Assembly (NCBI GenBank): GCA_009914755.4
Contig: CP068257.2
Location: 30,272,001-30,336,000 of the forward strand
Direction: 5' to 3'
From: the human T2T-CHM13v2.0 reference genome, Homo sapiens
Length of the DNA stretch: 64,000 nucleotides
Each line of letters begins with the position of its first letter. Within the stretch, counting starts at the first letter, position 1. Both the position numbers and the translations under genes were made by a program. The notes beneath the pieces are model-generated. The model saw only the letters and a program-made list of their open reading frames with translations, was not told where the DNA came from and did no database searches. Of this stretch, positions 59,481 to 64,000 are shown in pieces.

Positions 59481-59690
59481 CTAGATTTTCCTACCATGCT
59501 GTGTTATTTCACTCTTCTCTGATTTTATTTAGTATAAGACGCACCCCCCCTACAAAAAGTTGGAGGTATTATCTATTGTCTCTATGACCTTATGTTTTGA
59601 GTAATGTCAATCCAAATAGAAAATATGCCAGTTTTATTGTGTCTCACTAATGCACATCTTTATTAATTGGATGACTCTGTCATTCATATT

Positions 59691-59987
59691 TGTTTTTGTT
59701 TTTGTTTAAGACAAGGTTTCACTGTGTCATCCTGGCTGGAGTGCAGTGGCACAATCATGGCTCACTGCAGCCTCGGCCTCCGAAACCAAGCAGTCTTCCT
59801 GCCTCAGCCTCCCAAGTAGCTGGGACTGCAGGCGCATGCCACCATGCCCAGCTAATTTTTTTTGGTGGGGGGTATATTTTTTATAGAGAGAGGGTCTCCC
59901 TATGTTGCTCAAGCTGGTCTTGAACTCCTGGGCTCAAGCAATCCTCCTGCGTCGGACTCTCAAACTGCTGGGGTACTGCACCTGGCC
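59691..59987 (-). mobile_element. Alu SINE (antisense, old AluJ-like)
   Basis: TTTGTTTTTGTTTAAGACAAGGTTTCACTGTGTCATCCTGGCTGGAGTGCAGTGG ... GGGGTACTGCACCTGGCC. Confidence 0.85.
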
Positions 59988-61699
59988 CTGTCACTCATAT
60001 ATGTAATGATCATATCTATTAATTCTTCGGCTCTTTTTAAAGATTAAGTTGGAAGAATTTTTACCAAACTTGAGTTGAAAACAGCATTATTGCCCTTGTG
60101 AATCCACAGAACATGCTTCCAAAGAACTGCCCTTCATTCATCTCTGTCATGCCGTTTGCAAACTTAAGCTTCGAGGGCCTTTCTAAGTCTCTCTTCTACA
60201 CACTTTCTTTTTGCTTGTTGGCACTTGTATGTCACAGAGTAGCGAATGCCTTTTATGGCTGAGCAGTTTTTCAGACTGTTACCTTTTCATCACTACACCT
60301 CAACACTAGCATTTATAATACATTCCAAGCAGTCACTTCAGGTTATGATGGTTTTGTGCTGTGAATTCTCCAAAGTCAAACTGGAGGAGAAGCGTTAGCT
60401 TTTATGAGGGTTGAGTCAGTGCTAATTACGATGTCCAAGAAGGCACAATGATCAGATTATCAAATAATTTTTTAGCTTGGGAAGTGATGAGGAGGGAGCT
60501 TCAAGTGGGGAGGGGTCTCTATTTGCATCTATCAGGCTACACTAATGTGAAAAGTCTGATGACAGACCTGCAGCCCTTTCACTTGGTACAGTGTTCAGGT
60601 GCTCACACAAGCCAGTCCAGACTTTGGAAAGCTGATGGTTCATGAAAGAAAGTGGGGTTTGCGATGGAGGAAGGTGTTCTGTGTGTTACGTTGAGCAGGG
60701 TGGTACTATTTTTCCAGGCTTCAGTGGAGAACCTAAGTGTTATCTCAGAGGGGTGGAGGGTGGCGTGTGGCCTGTGGCCATGCCTGGCATGGCTTTCCAG
60801 GATGGTGAGGAATATTTTAATCTCTTTTGCCCATAAGGCAGGGGTTTTCAGGACCCTAAAACAAACTTCAAAGAGCTCTAAGGACTTCTCAAAGTCCTTT
60901 TTGGATAGTAATGCAATGTCTGTGACGTCCAAAGGAAGAAAATTCATCAGCGGAGATTTGAACTAAAATTACTTGTGCTCATCAGCAGTTTTTGAAGATG
61001 CAGAGCGCTCGGTTATGAAAATAGAACAAAAATGCACATCTAGTTTGTCCTTAGCACTTCTGGTTCATCATACTTTGAAAAAGCCTGGCCTGTTGCCCAA
61101 GTCTTTTGAGGCAACCCTGGGTTGTTGCCCAAGTCCTTTGAGGGTAAGCAACAGCAATGTCTCAGAAAACATTAACTCAACAGCCCACCCGCTCCAATTC
61201 ATTAAGCCCTCATCTTTTTTATCTGACCAATAGATGCCCCCAGTTAAGATCTAAATGACTCTTCCAATGCAGGGTTGTTAAAGGAAGGGAGATAGACATT
61301 CTGAAAAGCAGAGATCTGTTTGATTTTCGGGTTATTATAGAACATGGATGGAGCTGGAGGCCATCATCCTTAGCAAACTAACACAGGAACAGAAAACCAA
61401 ATACCGCATGTTCTCACTTAGAAGTGGGAGCTAAGTAATGAGAACTCATGGACACAAAGAGGGGAACAATAGACACTGGGGCCCACTTGAGGGTGGAGGG
61501 TGGAAGGAGAGAGAGGAGCAAAAAAAAAAAAAACCTATTGGGTACCAGGATTAGTACCTGGGTGATGAAATAATCTGTACAACAAACTCCCATGACATGA
61601 GTTTACCTATATAACAAACCTGCACATGTACCCCCGAACCTAAAGTAAAAGTTAAAAAAAAATTTTTTTTAAAGTACGTTGCTGGAAAGTTTTAGCTGA

Positions 61700-62094
<395 letters not shown>

Positions 62095-62117
62095 AATATT
62101 TCCTTTTTTCAAAATTT

Positions 62118-62650
62118 CAGTACGTATTTGAGGAACAGGTGGTGTTTGGTTACATGGATAAGTTCCTTAGTGGCGATTTCTGAGATTTGGGTGCATCCAT
62201 CGCCTGAGCAGTGTACACTGTACCCAATGTGTAGTCTATTATCCCCTGCCCCTCTCCTACCCTTCCCTCCAAGTCCCCAAAGTCTATTGTATCATTCTTA
62301 TGCCTTTGCACCTTCATAGCTTAGCTCCCACTTACGAGTGAGAATACACAATGTTTGGTTTTTCCATTCCTGGGTTACTTCACTTAGAATAATGGTCTCC
62401 AACTCCATCCAGGTTGCTGTGAATGCCATTAGTTTGCTCCTTTTTATGACTGAGTAGTATTCCTTGGTGTTTATATATATGACATGTATATATATATGTC
62501 ACATTTTCTTTATCCACTTGTTAATTGATGGGAATTTGGGCTGGTTCCATATTTTTGCAATTGTGAATTGTGCTGCTATAAACATGTGTGCAAGTGTCTT
62601 TTTCATGTAATGACCTATTTTCCTTTGGGTAGATACCCAGTAGAGACTAC
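62118..62650 (+). mobile_element. L1 (LINE-1) fragment, same ORF2-3' region as 30715-31190
   Basis: GGAACAGGTGGTGTTTGGTTACATGGATAAGTTCCTTAGTGG...TTAGCTCCCACTTACGAGTGAGAATACACAATGTTTGGTTTTTCCATTCCTGGGTTACTTCACTTAGAATAATGGTCTCCAACTCCATCCAGGTTGCTG...CACATTTTCTTTATCCACTTGTTAATTGATGGGAATTTGGGCTGGTTCCATATTTTTGCAATTGTGAATTGTGCTGCTATAAACATG. Confidence 0.85.
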
Positions 62651-63260
62651 CCACTATTGAAAGGGAGATGACCTGGTAACCTCTTCAACAGTATGGGAAC
62701 CCACCCTGGTGGTGGGTTGACCATGGAGGTTGACCTGGCTGCATGACCTAGCAAAGATTGTTTCTCTTGAGTTGATTCTGGCATCACAACTGGCCCCTTT
62801 TTTGATGGCCTCATTTTTACCCTGCAGAAAATGAGTTGACAAAAGGCTCAGCATTTCCTCAAGAACAATGTTCAAATGACAACTTAAAGCTTTTGAGAAA
62901 GTAGGACATTTTATGGCTTCTCCTTGCAAAGAAGATTACTTTAGAAAACTGAAAAAATAACTTTGAAGAGAAGGATAGAAAAATCGGGGGACCAAGCACA
63001 TTATTATTTTCTGGGATCTATTATTTGGTATGTTGGAAATCAAGTACAAAGCTACGTAAAAGAATTCTTCATATTGCAAAAACATTACCGCAATACTTTG
63101 TAAAATAAGGGCTATAGCATAAGAAAAGATCACAGTCCCACAACTCAAGCAAGACAGACCGTCTGCATTTTGAAGTCATCCCTGCCATTCTTTGCCCACA
63201 TGTGGGTATGCTGTATATTCTCCTGCTGAACAATTTTGCAGCCTTAGAAGGGCCTTCATG

Positions 63261-63586
63261 GGTTGGGTGTGGTGGCTTACACACTTAATCCCAACACTTT
63301 GGGAGGCTGAGGCAGGAGGATCGCTTGAGCTCAGGGGTTTGAGACCAGCCTGGGCAACATGGCAAAACCCCATCTCTACCAAAAAAATAAAAAAAGTATC
63401 CAGGTGTGACGGTGCATGCCTGTAGTCTCACCTACTTGGAAGGCTGAGGTGGGAAGGTCACCTGAGCCAGAGAGATCAAGGCTGCAGTGAGCCATGATGG
63501 CACAACTGCACTCCAGCCTGGGCGACAGTGTGAGACTCTGTCTCCAAAATATAAAAAATAATGAATAAAATAAATACAAAATAAAA
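63261..63586 (+). mobile_element. Alu SINE with a degenerate A-rich tail
   Basis: GGTTGGGTGTGGTGGCTTACACACTTAATCCCAACACTTTGGGAGGCTGAGGCAGG ... GCCTGGGCGACAGTGTGAGACTCTGTCTCCAAAATATAAAAAATAATGAATAAAATAAATACAAAATAAAA. Confidence 0.9.
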
Positions 63587-63764
63587 GGCTTCGTGTGCAT
63601 TATAAATGCATTTTTACCTCTCATACAGTTGTTTCCGTTGTTATAATCTTAAAGGATGCAAATGTTCTGCTTAGAGATGAATTAGCTTCTTATCTCCAGT
63701 GCTTGAATGGACAAGTGCTCTGTAAATATTTGTGAAATGAAAGGAAACCCAGGGCATTTAAAAC

Positions 63765-63843
63765 ATTATTTTTGGCCAGGCGTGGTGGCTCAGGCCTATA
63801 ATCCCAGCACTTTGGGAGGCTGAGGCGGGGAGGTGGGCGGCGG
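63765..63843 (+). mobile_element. Alu 5' fragment (~80 bp)
   Basis: GGCCAGGCGTGGTGGCTCAGGCCTATAATCCCAGCACTTTGGGAGGCTGAGGCGGGGAGGTGGGCGG, then non-Alu sequence. Confidence 0.8.
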
Positions 63844-64000
63844 TGCAGAATGGCTTTAAAGGAAAGGATCAGAAAGCAGGACCTCTCTGGCCCCTTGAGA
63901 CTCTGAGTGTCCTGTGGTGCCCAGTTGAGAGGTCTAACTTAGGATGCCTGTACACTTCTGGCTTCTCCCTGAGTGCTCAAAAACCTACCTTGCGAGCAGG

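Overview
This window is human (primate) genomic DNA, not a prokaryotic locus. About 36 Alu copies, several L1 3'-end fragments, MaLR LTRs (MLT1/THE1 type), MIR fragments and many micro/minisatellites dominate it. On the + strand it carries four consecutive coding exons of an AMPK-related Ser/Thr protein kinase. Their peptide sequence matches HUNK (hormonally up-regulated Neu-associated kinase), recalled from memory; exon 1 is not in the window. The exons are 20651-20943, 36355-36410, 42227-42362 and 55035-55162, with canonical AG/GT splice sites, consistent codon phases across junctions, and introns of about 15.4, 5.8 and 12.7 kb. Bases 1-20650 are therefore the 3' part of the preceding intron. 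Nearly all other ORFs in the six-frame track are repeat-derived artefacts (Alu, GA-rich and minisatellite ORFs). I see no CRISPR array, rRNA, tRNA or defence/operon-like system. The most unusual observations are: (1) a 99-bp non-Alu insertion inside an Alu at 54682-54780, whose minus-strand reading matches the TM3/DRY/ICL2 segment of the serotonin receptor HTR6 across a frameshift, suggesting a templated insertion or RT template-switch chimera; (2) a tandem duplication of an Alu together with its target-site duplication at 18184-18803; (3) a 38-bp minisatellite of about 12 copies at 43150-43610 that is open in all three frames; (4) a (TG)16 tract 175 nt upstream of the exon-2 acceptor; (5) G-rich, strand-asymmetric blocks and G4 motifs. 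No sequence alignment or database search could be run, so gene and repeat names rest on recalled consensus sequences and coordinates are read by eye (repeat ends +/- a few bp).
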